64,000 nucleotides of DNA from Zancudomyces culisetae HAW-14-8 (Eukaryota; Fungi; Kickxellomycota), in the NCBI GenBank assembly GCA_052426225.1, contig JBNJNM010000011.1, positions 744,001 to 808,000 of the forward strand. Direction: 5' to 3'. A model generated the notes under the pieces. That model had not been told where the DNA came from and searched no databases. It was given only the letters and a program-made list of their open reading frames with translations. Both the position numbers and the translations under genes were made by a program. Shown here piece after piece: positions 1-11,812 of this stretch (the first letter of the stretch is position 1; each line of letters opens with the position of its first letter).

Positions 1-330
1 GTGTTGATAATTCACAACCATCTAGACAAAAAAAAAAGGGAAAATGCTTAACCTTTATCCATAACATCACAAGTACAACTTTGGTAAAATAAAAATAAAT
101 TACAGGTTGCCTCATATCGTCTGGTTGAAGGTAAAGGAGGATGAAAAGAAGGATGTGTATAGAGATGAGGTGAGAGGTGAGAGGTGAGAGGTGAGAGGTG
201 AGAGGTATCAGAGTCTTGTAAAACTACTTACTCTAGATGCTACTTTTACCAACACAAACAATTAGACAATTTTCAATCAATATTATGGAAGTGTAAGGCT
301 TCTCTTCGGATATATAGCAGAGTATAATTT
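1..330 (-). CDS. Probable 5' end of a gene running off the left edge: 5' UTR exon, intron (22-231), then ATG at 21 (MVVNYQH...)
   Basis: Minus-strand donor GTAAGT at 231; T-rich acceptor ...TTTTGTCTAG directly followed by ATG. Only 7 codons are visible. Confidence 0.35.
167..206. repeat. Heptamer tandem repeat (GAGGTGA) x5-6, inside the putative intron
   Basis: gaggtgagaggtgagaggtgagaggtgagaggtgagaggt seen directly. Confidence 0.9.
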
Positions 331-1201
331 AACCAAGTCTAGAATTAGGCTTGTCCTCCAACTTTTTCATTTTCACTTTTCACTTTTCATTTTATTTATT
401 TACTATTTATATATTTACATGTATTTCCAGAATTTTTTTTCTATGTGTATTAATTATTTTTCTAGTTCGAGCCATTATTAATTTAAATTTATTAACTACA
501 ATTTGCAAATAATACATGATAGAAATAATAAAATGATAACCTGGGCCCTAATAGAGAAAAGACCCTTCAAGAAAATAAGCAATGTGGTACTATTAGGTCC
601 AGGTATTACTATACTTCCCATATTTAGATACCTTGCGTACTTGTACTTTACATAACCCTTCATATCCAAAATACACCCCCCCCCCTCACCCATGATTTAT
701 GCACAAAACTATTACACGAACACTCAGAGATTATTACGATCTGTTATTATTTGTTTCTACCTTTTCCTTTTCATTTTCCTTTTCCTATTTTTTTTTTGAT
801 AAATTCTAATTACACTGCATATAGAAATAAAAATCCGAATGAGTCATGATAGTTGAATAAATTTCGGACTAGCTGCCAAATGTAACAGACAAGGGTGGAG
901 GGGAGGGGGTATACGATGTATGTACAAGCAGAGTTGTCAAATACAACACAAGCGTTTGTGGTATATGATACAGCTCCGATCTTTCTTTGCACATATCACT
1001 CAGCCATCTACAACAACATTACTATACAAACGGTAGGAAAAGAAAACAAAGGAATTGGACAAGAGTTCATGATCTTATTATCTACATATAAAACACATCA
1101 CACATAAACAAAAATAAAAATAAAAAACAACATATCCCCGTCCCCATCCCCATCCCCTCCTTCTTCTATAACCATTTTTTTAGTAGCACATTTCTTATAA
1201 A

Positions 1202-1696
1202 TCAATGCTTTGCATGTGCTCTAGCCTTCAATTCCTTTCTCTTTAGTCTCATTTTCTGCTTGGCAGACATCTTTGCCTGTAAAATCTCTAGTCGCTCCCT
1301 TTCCTGCTTCAACTTCTTTTTTTGAATAATGGCATCCTTTCTGGCCTTCGTTTCTTCATCCTTGGTCTGTTTCATTTCTCTTTCAAGTTGTTTTGTGACT
1401 TGCTGAGCCAGTCTCTGTACCTGACGCTTTTCAAAACTTGATTTCAGAGTCTTTGGCAACGTCGACCTATTTGTAGCTTTCTTTGCTACTTTCCACATTT
1501 TTCCTATTAAAATACACAAAAATGTACATTTATTACTAGAATACCAATAACAACAATATAAAAACGTATTGAATGTGCTCCCAATGAGCAAAGCATAATG
1601 GTAACGTGAGTGGTACTTACCTGACACTCGTGATTGGATTTTGGGAACGTTCGAGCCGAGTTTGGTCTCAATCTTTTTCTGTTCGTTTTCTGACAT
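1202..1696 (-). CDS. CGR1: rRNA-processing protein Cgr1 (2 exons; intron 1504-1620; about 125 aa)
   Basis: Spliced sequence SRVSG|KMWKVAKKA...SSFEKR followed by a Lys/Glu-rich coiled coil ending KMSAKQKMRLKRKE; donor GTAAGT, acceptor TTAATAG. Confidence 0.85.
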   Translation of the reverse strand: MSENEQKKIETKLGSNVPKIQSRVSGKYHSRYHYALLIGSTFNTFLYCCYWYSSNKCTFLCILIGKMWKVAKKATNRSTLPKTLKSSFEKRQVQRLAQQVTKQLEREMKQTKDEETKARKDAIIQKKKLKQERERLEILQAKMSAKQKMRLKRKELKARAHAKH

Positions 1697-2165
1697 GATA
1701 TACTTTTGATCTATGTGTTAATTAAAAGTTGAATTCTGCTTCCTATATTTTACACCTTTTGATTTAATATATTTTGTTTCTAAATTTGAAAAAATATGTA
1801 TAAAAAAATATCGATTTAGCTTATTTTTTTTACTTTTCGTGTATGGAAAATTTTTTATTTTTTTTAATCCTTTGCTTTTGCTTTTGCTTTTGCCATTGCT
1901 TTTTGCGTTTGGATGGAAAAATAATGTGAAAATTGCTAATTTCGGTTTATTAAACGAGCAAATCAATGAATTGGAATACTGATCAAGTATCTAGATTCTT
2001 TACGCTTACACTTCAATTGAGCTTTACAGGTATATTCATACTTTGTTGTTCATATTTTTTATTATTTCAAACCCCTCCAAAAAAAAAACAAAAAGTAAAT
2101 ACAAATCAAATCGATAATATGGGAAATGACAACCATAAAAAAAAGGAGAGAGAAGGGTGCCATAC

Positions 2166-4037
2166 TTAATGATGAGGATGGATAGGAATGTTTTGGGTAG
2201 GATGTACAGGTGCATTTGGGGCAATACTGGCTGCATTCACAACACCAGCGCTAGGCGGTTGAGAAGCATGGATTGCCGAAGACGAATGGCGATCCATACC
2301 ATCAGAAGTAATAGATGCAGAAGTTGCTGATGGGTTTCCTCCTCCTGCCACAAAACTGTTGGTAATGTTTTCGTTGGTTTTTTCTTCGGCCTGAGTGGCT
2401 AAATAATGGAAAATTGCTTCGCTAACCCACGGCAATTCAAACAAACCAGACCCCTCCTTGTCTTTTTCCGCTTTTTCTGTGTCTTTTTCCTGTTTACGCA
2501 TTGAGGCTGCCAACACGCTCTCCAATTGCGTAGAAGGTTCGCCTGTAATTACTTGCAGGTCTCGAGTCATTATCTTGACGGCATCGTTGATAAACCTTGT
2601 TGGGTTCATACTGAATTCGTTAAAGAAATCACGCTTGGCCCGCAATTCATGCAGTTCCTGCATCAGTCCATCCAGTTTTTCATCGATCGCCTGTGTTTCC
2701 TTTTGCAATGTTTGTATAGATGGAAGTGGTCCAAGTCGTGATTTTGAAGGCTCCTCAACTTCAACTTCCAGATCGTAGGCATGTGGGGATTTGAATACTG
2801 GTCCTGAATCCACTCGAATCACATACTCTATCACAAATGGATCGATTGGGGCCAAGTATCCCATAAGCAGCTCGGGAAGTCGACTGACCTGGATGGGCGC
2901 CTCTCCAAATATCTATAATATATCCAAAATAAAACAATTTGATATCCAGTGCACATCCCCAGTCTCAAATAAAGAAAATCAAACCCAAACAAGAAAAAAA
3001 AGCATATTTTCACCAACCTTTTTAAGTGCTGAATCCGTTCGAATATAATCAAAGTCTCCCGCAGTATCTTGTAGTTTGTTTGCCGCTATATATTGCCAAA
3101 GCCTATTCACCAATTCTGCTCTACTCACTGGCCCATCGAGCTCCAACAACTCTCTTAGATCTTTACTGTTTACTTTAAATCTTTCGGTTGCTGATTTTGG
3201 ATACAGAGTTATTTTAACCTTGACGTTTTCATCTCCTAGTCGTTTAATCTCAAAACCATCTACTGGCTGCGACGAGGGTGAGTGTTTCCACTCAATAATA
3301 TTTTCTGTATACGGTTTGTCCTTTCTGTCTAGTTCTACAATTATGGTTTCGAATTGCTCGCTGAATTTTCTTGGCGATGCCTTGTGTTTAAATATCGGGT
3401 GAGGAATCTATCCATATTTAGCCATATAATTGTATGTTTTGGAACCACTTAATGCATCATTAAAGAATAACTACAGTCTTTCTCTCCCTATCTTTTTTTT
3501 TAGCTTACATCTACAAATCTTCCTTCAATCTTAAATGTCCATGATGGTGGTTCCAGTGTCGCTACGTAGGCCGTATCTATTGTCTTCAAATCTCTGGTTT
3601 CCTGATTCGGTTGGTTTGCTGCAAGGTTCGATAAAAAGATTCGTAGTATCCTTTTTCTCTATTTTGGTTTACCAAAAAACACATATACAAATTTATTTCA
3701 CATTTTCAAATACAGATATAACAAAAAAAGCAATATACACGATTATATTTCTGAGACTTACTGATATAGGCCTTCCTAAGCTTTCCTGTACCTCCAATCT
3801 CTTTTGAGCCGTCAGATAATCTAGTTTTTTTTCAAAATTTACCAGTTGATTGAACAGATTTGATTCTGGAATGTATGCCGAAATCTATTTTTTATTTCCA
3901 ATTGATTACTTCTTTTCTACATACTCCTCTATTCATTAAAGAAAAACACTGTGATGTTTTGTCAATACCTTTTCTGGCAAGCTTTTTTCGGTATATTTGA
4001 GTTTTTTATGTTGAGGTTGCAAATTTGGTTGTGGCAT
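2166..4037 (-). CDS. SWI/SNF-RSC SWIB-domain subunit (BAF60/SMARCD/Ssr3 family), 5 exons
   Basis: Reconstructed exons: MPQPN...SLPEK | ISAYIPESNLFNQLVNFEKKLD | RKRILRIFLSN...PSWTFKIEGR | ...IIEW...DGFEIKRLGDENV...LWQYIAANKLQD (SWIB) | ...AYDLEVEVE...KRDFFNEFSMNPTRFI. Confidence 0.9.
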
Positions 4038-4307
4038 CTTTTATGTTTAGATTTTTATTTGTATTAGTTATTATGTTTTAACGAAAAAAAAAAACATAAT
4101 CAAAAAAAAGAATTTACATTTTGAACATTTTTTCGTGTTTTTTCACTTCTTTTTTTATTACTGTGCTTTTCATTTGGTAATTTTGATTTGTTCGTGAAGG
4201 CTCTATTTGTATTTCAAATATATATATTTATATTTTTCATCAAAACATAGTTTAATATACTCAATAAATGACAAATACAAAAACACAAAAGTAAAACGAA
4301 AAAAACA

Positions 4308-7300
4308 TTAAAGCGTTGCTATTCTTATGGTTCCGTCTTCGCTTGCAGTCAGTATACTACCCCCTGTAGAATCCCAATCCACACACGTTATGGGGTACCT
4401 ATGTGGCGCCAAAACCTCGGACCAAGTTCCTAGTCCAACCTATAAAAATTATAAGAATCGCAAAGTATATACGCTTTTTCCTTAGTTTAAAACTTGTTTT
4501 AACTACAACTTTTGTTCTTGTTTAGTAACACAAAGAATGGAATCTTACATCATATATTACTCCATAGTTTTCTGGTGCAATTAAAACATGGTCTGTCTCT
4601 GGTGAAAAACACACGTTACTAGGTGATAGGGGCGTTTTAAATATCCCTAGCCCGCTTCTACTGCTAATACCACTGTTTCCGGCGGTAGTAACTCCATGAC
4701 TGTTATTTGATATACTACCCGGAGCAATGGACCTGCTTGAATTATAAAAGCTTGTAGCGGATATAGGCGGTGTTGATGACATGGTTCCAGATTTGTTGAT
4801 TTTGTCCAAGTTATTGAGATCTGGTAGTTTTAATACCGATTCGGATACAAGCTCTGACTTTTGTGATCGTAACGACCATTGTTGCAGCTAAGTTTACAAA
4901 AAAAAAAAAGCAATTTACACATCAGTTAAGCCTTTCTGTTTTCATTCTGTTAACGACACTCACAAACATAGTTTTGCTTACCAAACGGATAGTAAAACAA
5001 ATATTAAAAAAAAAGGAGGAATCAGCTGACCTTTCCAAATTCAGAAACCACATGAATACTCGTTTCATCAAAATTAAATACACCCATACACAACCTATCG
5101 ATATTTTTACTTTTACCACCTAGCGAACTCCCACTCCCACTCCCACCACTCCCACCACCACTGCTACTACTTCTAGGACTGTTAATGTCAATATTAAACA
5201 CTGGTTGGGCTGATATCAGATCGTATACTATTATTTTACCACTTGATGACGAAACCGCCGCCAAATTCCCATTGTGATTAAAGTTGATACTTTGGATGTC
5301 CAGTACAGAATCAAAGTTCACGTCTATTATCTTGGCTATTTTATTTGAATTGGTGTCCAGCACTTGTAGCTTCAGCTTGTTCCCTCCACTCCCGATACTA
5401 TTATAATAGGGTTGCCCAGTAGCAAGCAATAATGACGGGAAAACGGGGTTGCTTTTCATTGTGTACAACCTACATTGTTCCATTTTTTTTTTCGCATAAA
5501 CACATTTACATTTATTCAAACTACACGATACAGTGTTTTCTCTATCTATACTTACATTTGATTTGTTCCATCAAAGTAACTGTAGTGATCGTGTAATATC
5601 TCCGTTTCTGTATTGTATGCCCGAATCTTTCCATCCTCTGAACCCAGGTACACCTAAGTTTGTTTTCCATCATCCAACTCAGTAAATTTAATCATATCAA
5701 AAGACAGAGCATTAAGACATAGCCACCAACCCACAAAAAAAAAACCTTACCAAGTGATCGAGTTTGCTTTCCCACGTAATAACCTCGATGGGCGACAAAA
5801 ATCCTTGCTTTTTTGGCACATAACTTTCCAGCCTATGCGACCAAATCCTATTTTAAGATCACAAAAGGGAGTACTTTAACCTCCATAACCGCATCCTACA
5901 ATCTACAATGCATAAAAGATGCTCTTACTTGAGGCAGTTATCTTCGTCCAAACTTGCCACTTTGTCCCCAGATGGCGAGAACAGCGCAGAAATTACTGCC
6001 GATGGATGCTCCAAGTATGATTGCTATTTTGTGTTTATTTGCAAATGAAATGCTCCTTATCCTCTCTTAAGTGTCACTATTTTATTGTACAATCATATTG
6101 GTACTCGTAGTACTTACTTGTTTTTTGATTTCAATTCTTCTTTCGTTGTGCGGGTTTTCAAATTGGTTCGAGTTTATGATTAGATTCGTCAAATGAAGTT
6201 CGGGTTCAAAATCCTTTGAGGTTTCGCCCTCGCCAATTTCTGGTATCTGTTCTATTTTGTTTTTCCTTAATATACCTATTGTTTTTGCTGGAGCTTGGCT
6301 ATTTTTAGTTTTACATTCAGTTAGCAACGGCCGCTAGAATCATTGATAAATTATACATTTGTCCAGCGATTCGGTACAACATTACAACATACCTGATGCC
6401 TGTATTTGTTTCCGAAAATATCTGTTGACAAGTAGGAAAAATGCATATTGATTACTTGGTTAATTCTCAAAGTATTACAAGTAGTATCTAGTGTCATGCC
6501 CCCATTAAACATCTTATCTAAAATAAAATTAAAGCTTACGCTTGGTTGTACAAAACTTGTTGATATCATATGGGCTGCACCCATCTCAACCACCTTCTTC
6601 TCAAGCTCTTTGATATTCAGTTCCAACCTTTTTCTTTCCCTCCACTCACTCTCAAACATCAAGATTTTTGGTAGTTCTATTGATACATTTAAAATGGTCA
6701 ATTTTCAGTGCTTCTAAAAGCTCAACTTATACCCCATCTCTTGTTTCACGCACACACGCATAAACACATACATAAATCCCTCTCTGCCATACTTCAGTAA
6801 TTACCAAGTTAGTTCTTACCTGTTTCTGGAAAAATCGTGTTCATGTACTCTTCAAGTGTAGATTTCAAAACCTTTATCCATTCTTTTGTAAAATAAGTCG
6901 AAAACTTTGGGTGATTTTCTGGATCTGAGACGTAATTGATTGCTATATATTTTTTCATAAAGTAAAATAAAACATTGATAATTGTTGGAAATTCAAACAA
7001 ATAGAGTAGTTAACGTAGAAACATTATTTCCTGCTACCAAGATATAAAATGGATACCGGCCCAAAGCTACTTACCAAACCACGATATCCACTCTGGATCT
7101 TTGGCCAGCTCATGCCCATGTTTTTCGTAAAAATTTTCAATCCTTTCTCGTTCGCTTTTTCTAGAAGCTACATTTATTGTTAGGCATAATTCTACTTGAA
7201 CGCTCAAGAACTTTCTTAACGCTTTACCACCATTCATCACCAAATAATAGTTTTAGCAAAATAATAAGATCATTTACACTCCCTTTCCATATCACACTAC

Positions 7301-8175
7301 CACTATCACCACTACTGGTACTACTACTACCACAAACTTACCACAGACTATAAAGTACCTCTGTAATCGTTTTAAAAATAATTTGGTTACTCTGTCGTTC
7401 TCAAGCCCTTTTAGCTTGAAAAACCTCGAGTCTAAATATTCCCAATATTCTATTAGTTTATCTATTTCTAGAGCCTCTGCTCTAGCCAGCAGTTCCTTGA
7501 CTATGTGCTTGGGCTAAATGATACATCCCATTATCACACCAACGGATAGTGAGTATTTACAAACATTAATAAACGAATAAATAAATATAGTTCTTTTGGT
7601 TCTAGTCTCAAGTCGCTGTTTAAAATAGCCTTTTCTGTCCCTACCTTGAACTTTTTGTTAATATCTTTTTTCCCCTCCTTTTCAAAAGCTACTAGAGTAT
7701 CCGTAAATCCTCTAAACTATTGTTATCGATATTTTCAGTGCCATAGTTATTGTTATTGCCACTCTTAAAATCAATTGAATTCTTCTTTTTCTTTTCTATT
7801 CAACCCAGGAAAGCCCTATTCCATATCCTCTCGTTTCCGTGCTATAAAAGAGGTTGATACAGGCGCACCACGAATAACTTTAATTATTGTATTGATACTT
7901 ACCACTAAATATTCTCGAATTAAACCGTCAATGTACTCTATCGACTCTAAACCTCTCTATTGTTAATTAAAACATATATTTACACATGCTTGTTCAATGG
8001 TATGCTATTGGGGAATAGCGTGGTACTCTTGCAAAAAAAATAAACAAGGAATCAAAGATAGAAATTTATATAACGTACTAGTACTAGCTACAAAAAATTT
8101 GGGGATTGGGGGGGGGGGGGTCGTTGAAACACCTACCTTTAATAGATTCGAGTCGAGTTCTCTTTGCTCTGTCAT
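4308..8175 (-). CDS. WD-repeat protein, WDR91-like (N-terminal LisH-like region plus C-terminal WD40), about 14-15 exons
   Basis: Exons read LESIEYIDGLIREYLV|FRGFTDTLVAFEKE, IEYWEYLDSRFF, DPEWISWF, PENHPKFSTYFTKEW; WD repeats (SALFSPSGDKVAS, INFNHNGNLAAVSS, CVDWD...LTASEDGTIRI); canonical GT..AG introns throughout. Confidence 0.8.
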
Positions 8176-9099
8176 TTTCGCTTTTTTATTATTACAGTTC
8201 CGCTATTCACAATTATGCGGGTTAGTATCCACTGCTAAATATTTCAAATTTGGTAAGGCAACAAACCGAGAATATGTATAGAGCCTTTCAGTTTTATCAT
8301 TTGAGGTATTTCTAAATACTCTATAGTTTCTATTCCCTGGCGTTTCTTTATTTTGAAATAATTAAAACAAAATATAGTTTCAACAAGCAGGTTTGAATGG
8401 TTGTTTGGACTTCCAGAAAATTTTGCTATTTTCGTATTTTTTTTTCAAGCCCAGGCAATCAAAAACACTAGCAAACAACCAAGAATACAAACACAAGGTA
8501 AATAAGTAGTCTAGGATATCCAAGCGACTCATTCCTGTTTCATCTCGCTTTAGTTGGCAGAAAAACCCTATTCTAGTTTTATTAGAAACGTCGCTTAAAG
8601 TCATGAATAAAAGGTTAATGCTTGTAACATTAAAACTGAATATTAAGTGTGCTGCTGTATTAAAAGCGAGGAGCCCCCATTATCACTTTGTTTTTTTATT
8701 AGATCATACATGATCTATCTTTTTTTATATTGCTCCTAAGCTAGATATCGAATAACGTATTTGACCCAATAGACCTTCTGTGTGACCGAGGCACCATCTT
8801 GCGCGTTAATGCCACACCTTTAATAATAACAAAACAATCCCTGATTTTACAACTGTTTCTAATAATTTGGCTAATAAGGCCGATTTATGAATCAAAATTG
8901 GCTGCATTTATTTATGTTTATTGATTTGTGTTTTTGCGAAAAGGAAGAGAAACAAATCAATACCTTCTTCTTTATTGCAAAACTTGCTAAAATATTACAT
9001 AGTTTTCAAAACTCCGATCCAATTGCATCAATATATATAAATATCCTCACGAACGTTACGCAAGAAGTCTGCGCGTGAGGAAAAACTAATAATAATAAA

Positions 9100-11649
9100 A
9101 TGCAGGATTTTATAAATTTGGATAGCGATACTGAAATGTCTGGCGTGGAAGAACCGGCGTCTAATTTACCAACCAACATCCTCAATCGAATCGCCGGGTA
9201 TTTAACTTCACCTTGCGACAAATTGGAATTTGCTAAAGTTCATTCTAGTTGGAATCCCACTGGACTGCAACATTTGTATAGAGAATTGAAACTAGAAACC
9301 GTCGAAGTTGCTAAAGGTTTTGTTACGGCAGTTAGAAACAGTAGAAACAAGGCAAATATTGGCTATATTAAGAAGATTAATTTTGTTGGTGATCGGATTC
9401 AGGATATGGAGGAAAAGGTGGTTGTTTTTATGTTGCGAAACACACGATCATTGGAAGAATTGGTAATATATTCACACCTCATCACTGACAACGTTACCCA
9501 GGCTGTTAAGGAATTCAAACATTCTGGAAGTCTGAAGAAGCTCAAAATAGTTGTAACGCACCATGAGAGTGGGCTAGTTGATTATACAAGGTTTTTTAAA
9601 AACCTGTGTGCTCTAGAATCCTTGGAAGTGGTAGTGAAGAATTGCGATGAAGGTCTAAATAACGAAGCGGAATGTTTTGTTGATATTGATGAAAACGATA
9701 AGGACAGTAATGGCAACATCGGATATGTTTACAATAAGAAAAGACTCGATATCTTCAAGGGTGCTGCTGCCGTTTCTGCGAATCTGAGGGAATTTATTGT
9801 TATTGGAAGTGGCTCGATAGATTCAAGAGCAGACTACGAGTCTCTTGAGGAACAAGAAGGAAACTTGGTTGCTGCTATGTTAAAAAAATCTCAAAAATTG
9901 AGCAAGCTGGTTATCAAAGAGGTGAATTATAATGTAAAGGAAGAAGAATTGATGCGTATACTAAAGAATAACGTGGGTAGTCTGGCAGAGGTCAGCATAT
10001 TCAATAAAAAATTCAGCCAAGATATAGTGAATATACTTTTTGGTATTGAGGGCATAAGAATAATTGAACTTTATTCAACTGATCAACAGCAGCAACTCCA
10101 GCAAGAGCAACAAGTACACAGCAGCAATTTTGGCTTTCATCTAGTAAATATACCCGGAAGTTGTAAAATCCAGCTTCCATCTCGAATTCCTCTTAAGCTT
10201 GTAACAATAAAACTTGAGAACATTATATTTACTAGTAGCAATGAAGTTATAACGATTGATGAAGATGAGTGTTCTAGCAGCACCAGCGATTCTGAAGGCT
10301 TGCTTCTCCAAAACTTAACAATAACAGGCAATCCATGTATATCAAGTCATCAATTCTATAGGGATTTTCTAAGTAAAAGCAAATATATTAAGGAATTACG
10401 GGTTAGAAATTGCAAAAATATCAGTATAGATGGTGAATTTATGCAATATCTATTGGGAACATTTCATAATTTACGGGTGTTAGTACTTGAAAATGTTATG
10501 ATACAAAACAACTTGGAAGTTCAGCACTTACTTCAAGGGGTATCACCATCGGCCTTGCAACAACCAGCTGGAGGTTCATTTGTTTGTAACCGATTAGAAG
10601 TGTTTGAAATTACTGCAACAGAAGTGCTTGTACAGGTAGTGAATATTTCGCTAGATTCACAGACAAATGCTTTTCATAGCACCGTACACGGAGCTTCGCA
10701 CGAACAAGTGATAAATGATTACAGTACTGCCTACATGACTGGATATGAAGAGCAGGACTGGGCTAAAGAAACTTTGGTACCAGGAGAATCCCCCGGGTTT
10801 CAGCGGTATCCGCAACAGTACGAGGAAGAGTATGATGAACAGGAGCAAGAGCAAGGCACAGCGGATATTGATACATATCGGACTCAACTGGTGGAAGAGA
10901 TTGGAAGTGGAAATGAGGATGAGGATAATGATGAAGATGAAGATGAGGATGATGAAAATGAAAATGAAAATGATGAAAATGAAAATGAAAATGAGGATGA
11001 TGAAAATGAAAATGATGAATATGAAACTGAGGATGAATATGAATATGGGTATGAGCATGTGAGTACAAATCAGGATGGGAACGAAGAATTATACAATCAC
11101 GATTCTGGGATGCAAGACGCCGAATCCTATGAAAGCCAACTTTTACAACCACAGCCCGATTTATCCATATCTACCATTAGCACTGGTTCTAATGGACATC
11201 ATACTACCAACTATATGGAAGATGGTATCAGAAGTGATAATGAGGAGGAAGATGGGGAAGATGGTGAGCAAGATGATGACGGGGATTGGGTTGTACATGA
11301 CGCATCAGGAGATTTACACATGGATATTGGTCCTGACTTTTGGGCAAAAGAAGGCGATTTCATGGCTGGTCTCGCACCTAGGGGCTATATAGTGGATAAG
11401 AAAGCCGAAAATGTTGTCAAGATTACATCCACCCAGGCAGAAAAGAATGAAGTTGGTCCTTGTGTAATTTTAGGAAAGGAAATACTAAGACTTAATGTAA
11501 AAGCTGACCAAGACTCAAAGAGAAAACTGCTGTTTGTGCTTTATGAAGGTGACGATGTACGGGATGCAGTAGATGAATTTTGTGATGCCCACGGAATTCC
11601 CCACTTTGCTGATCCTCTAATGACCTTGGTCGAGCACAAACTAGGTTGA
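9100..11649 (+). CDS. F-box-like/LRR (RNI-like) protein with a long acidic tract and a small C-terminal domain
   Basis: 849-aa ORF; N-terminal LPTNILNRIAGYL...FAKVHSSW...LYREL F-box-like motif; repeated LxxLxI units; D/E/N tract. Confidence 0.7.
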   Translation: MQDFINLDSDTEMSGVEEPASNLPTNILNRIAGYLTSPCDKLEFAKVHSSWNPTGLQHLYRELKLETVEVAKGFVTAVRNSRNKANIGYIKKINFVGDRIQDMEEKVVVFMLRNTRSLEELVIYSHLITDNVTQAVKEFKHSGSLKKLKIVVTHHESGLVDYTRFFKNLCALESLEVVVKNCDEGLNNEAECFVDIDENDKDSNGNIGYVYNKKRLDIFKGAAAVSANLREFIVIGSGSIDSRADYESLEEQEGNLVAAMLKKSQKLSKLVIKEVNYNVKEEELMRILKNNVGSLAEVSIFNKKFSQDIVNILFGIEGIRIIELYSTDQQQQLQQEQQVHSSNFGFHLVNIPGSCKIQLPSRIPLKLVTIKLENIIFTSSNEVITIDEDECSSSTSDSEGLLLQNLTITGNPCISSHQFYRDFLSKSKYIKELRVRNCKNISIDGEFMQYLLGTFHNLRVLVLENVMIQNNLEVQHLLQGVSPSALQQPAGGSFVCNRLEVFEITATEVLVQVVNISLDSQTNAFHSTVHGASHEQVINDYSTAYMTGYEEQDWAKETLVPGESPGFQRYPQQYEEEYDEQEQEQGTADIDTYRTQLVEEIGSGNEDEDNDEDEDEDDENENENDENENENEDDENENDEYETEDEYEYGYEHVSTNQDGNEELYNHDSGMQDAESYESQLLQPQPDLSISTISTGSNGHHTTNYMEDGIRSDNEEEDGEDGEQDDDGDWVVHDASGDLHMDIGPDFWAKEGDFMAGLAPRGYIVDKKAENVVKITSTQAEKNEVGPCVILGKEILRLNVKADQDSKRKLLFVLYEGDDVRDAVDEFCDAHGIPHFADPLMTLVEHKLG
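10910..11050 (+). repeat. Coding GAAAAT/GATGAA microsatellite encoding an E/N/D acidic tract
   Basis: gaaaatgaaaatgaaaatgatgaaaat... seen directly. Confidence 0.9.
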
Positions 11650-11812
11650 TTTTGTTTAAATCTGATTTTATATTTTATTATGCTAGATACCATCTCTATG
11701 ACATTGTTTACATATCCCCTTTTACTTCTTTATTATTACTTTACATCTAAAAAGAAAATGCTTTTGGAAAGACAATAGATACCATAATTCATGTATGAAA
11801 AAAAAAATACAT

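Noticed and set aside
167-206. GAGGTGA repeat as a telomeric or CRISPR-like array
   Set aside because: Short simple tandem repeat without spacers, internal and apparently intronic.
10657-11152. His/Phe-rich, Ile/Phe-rich and Met/Lys-rich alternative-frame ORFs
   Set aside because: By-products of the GAAAAT/GATGAA repeat in the acidic tract of the 9100-11649 gene.
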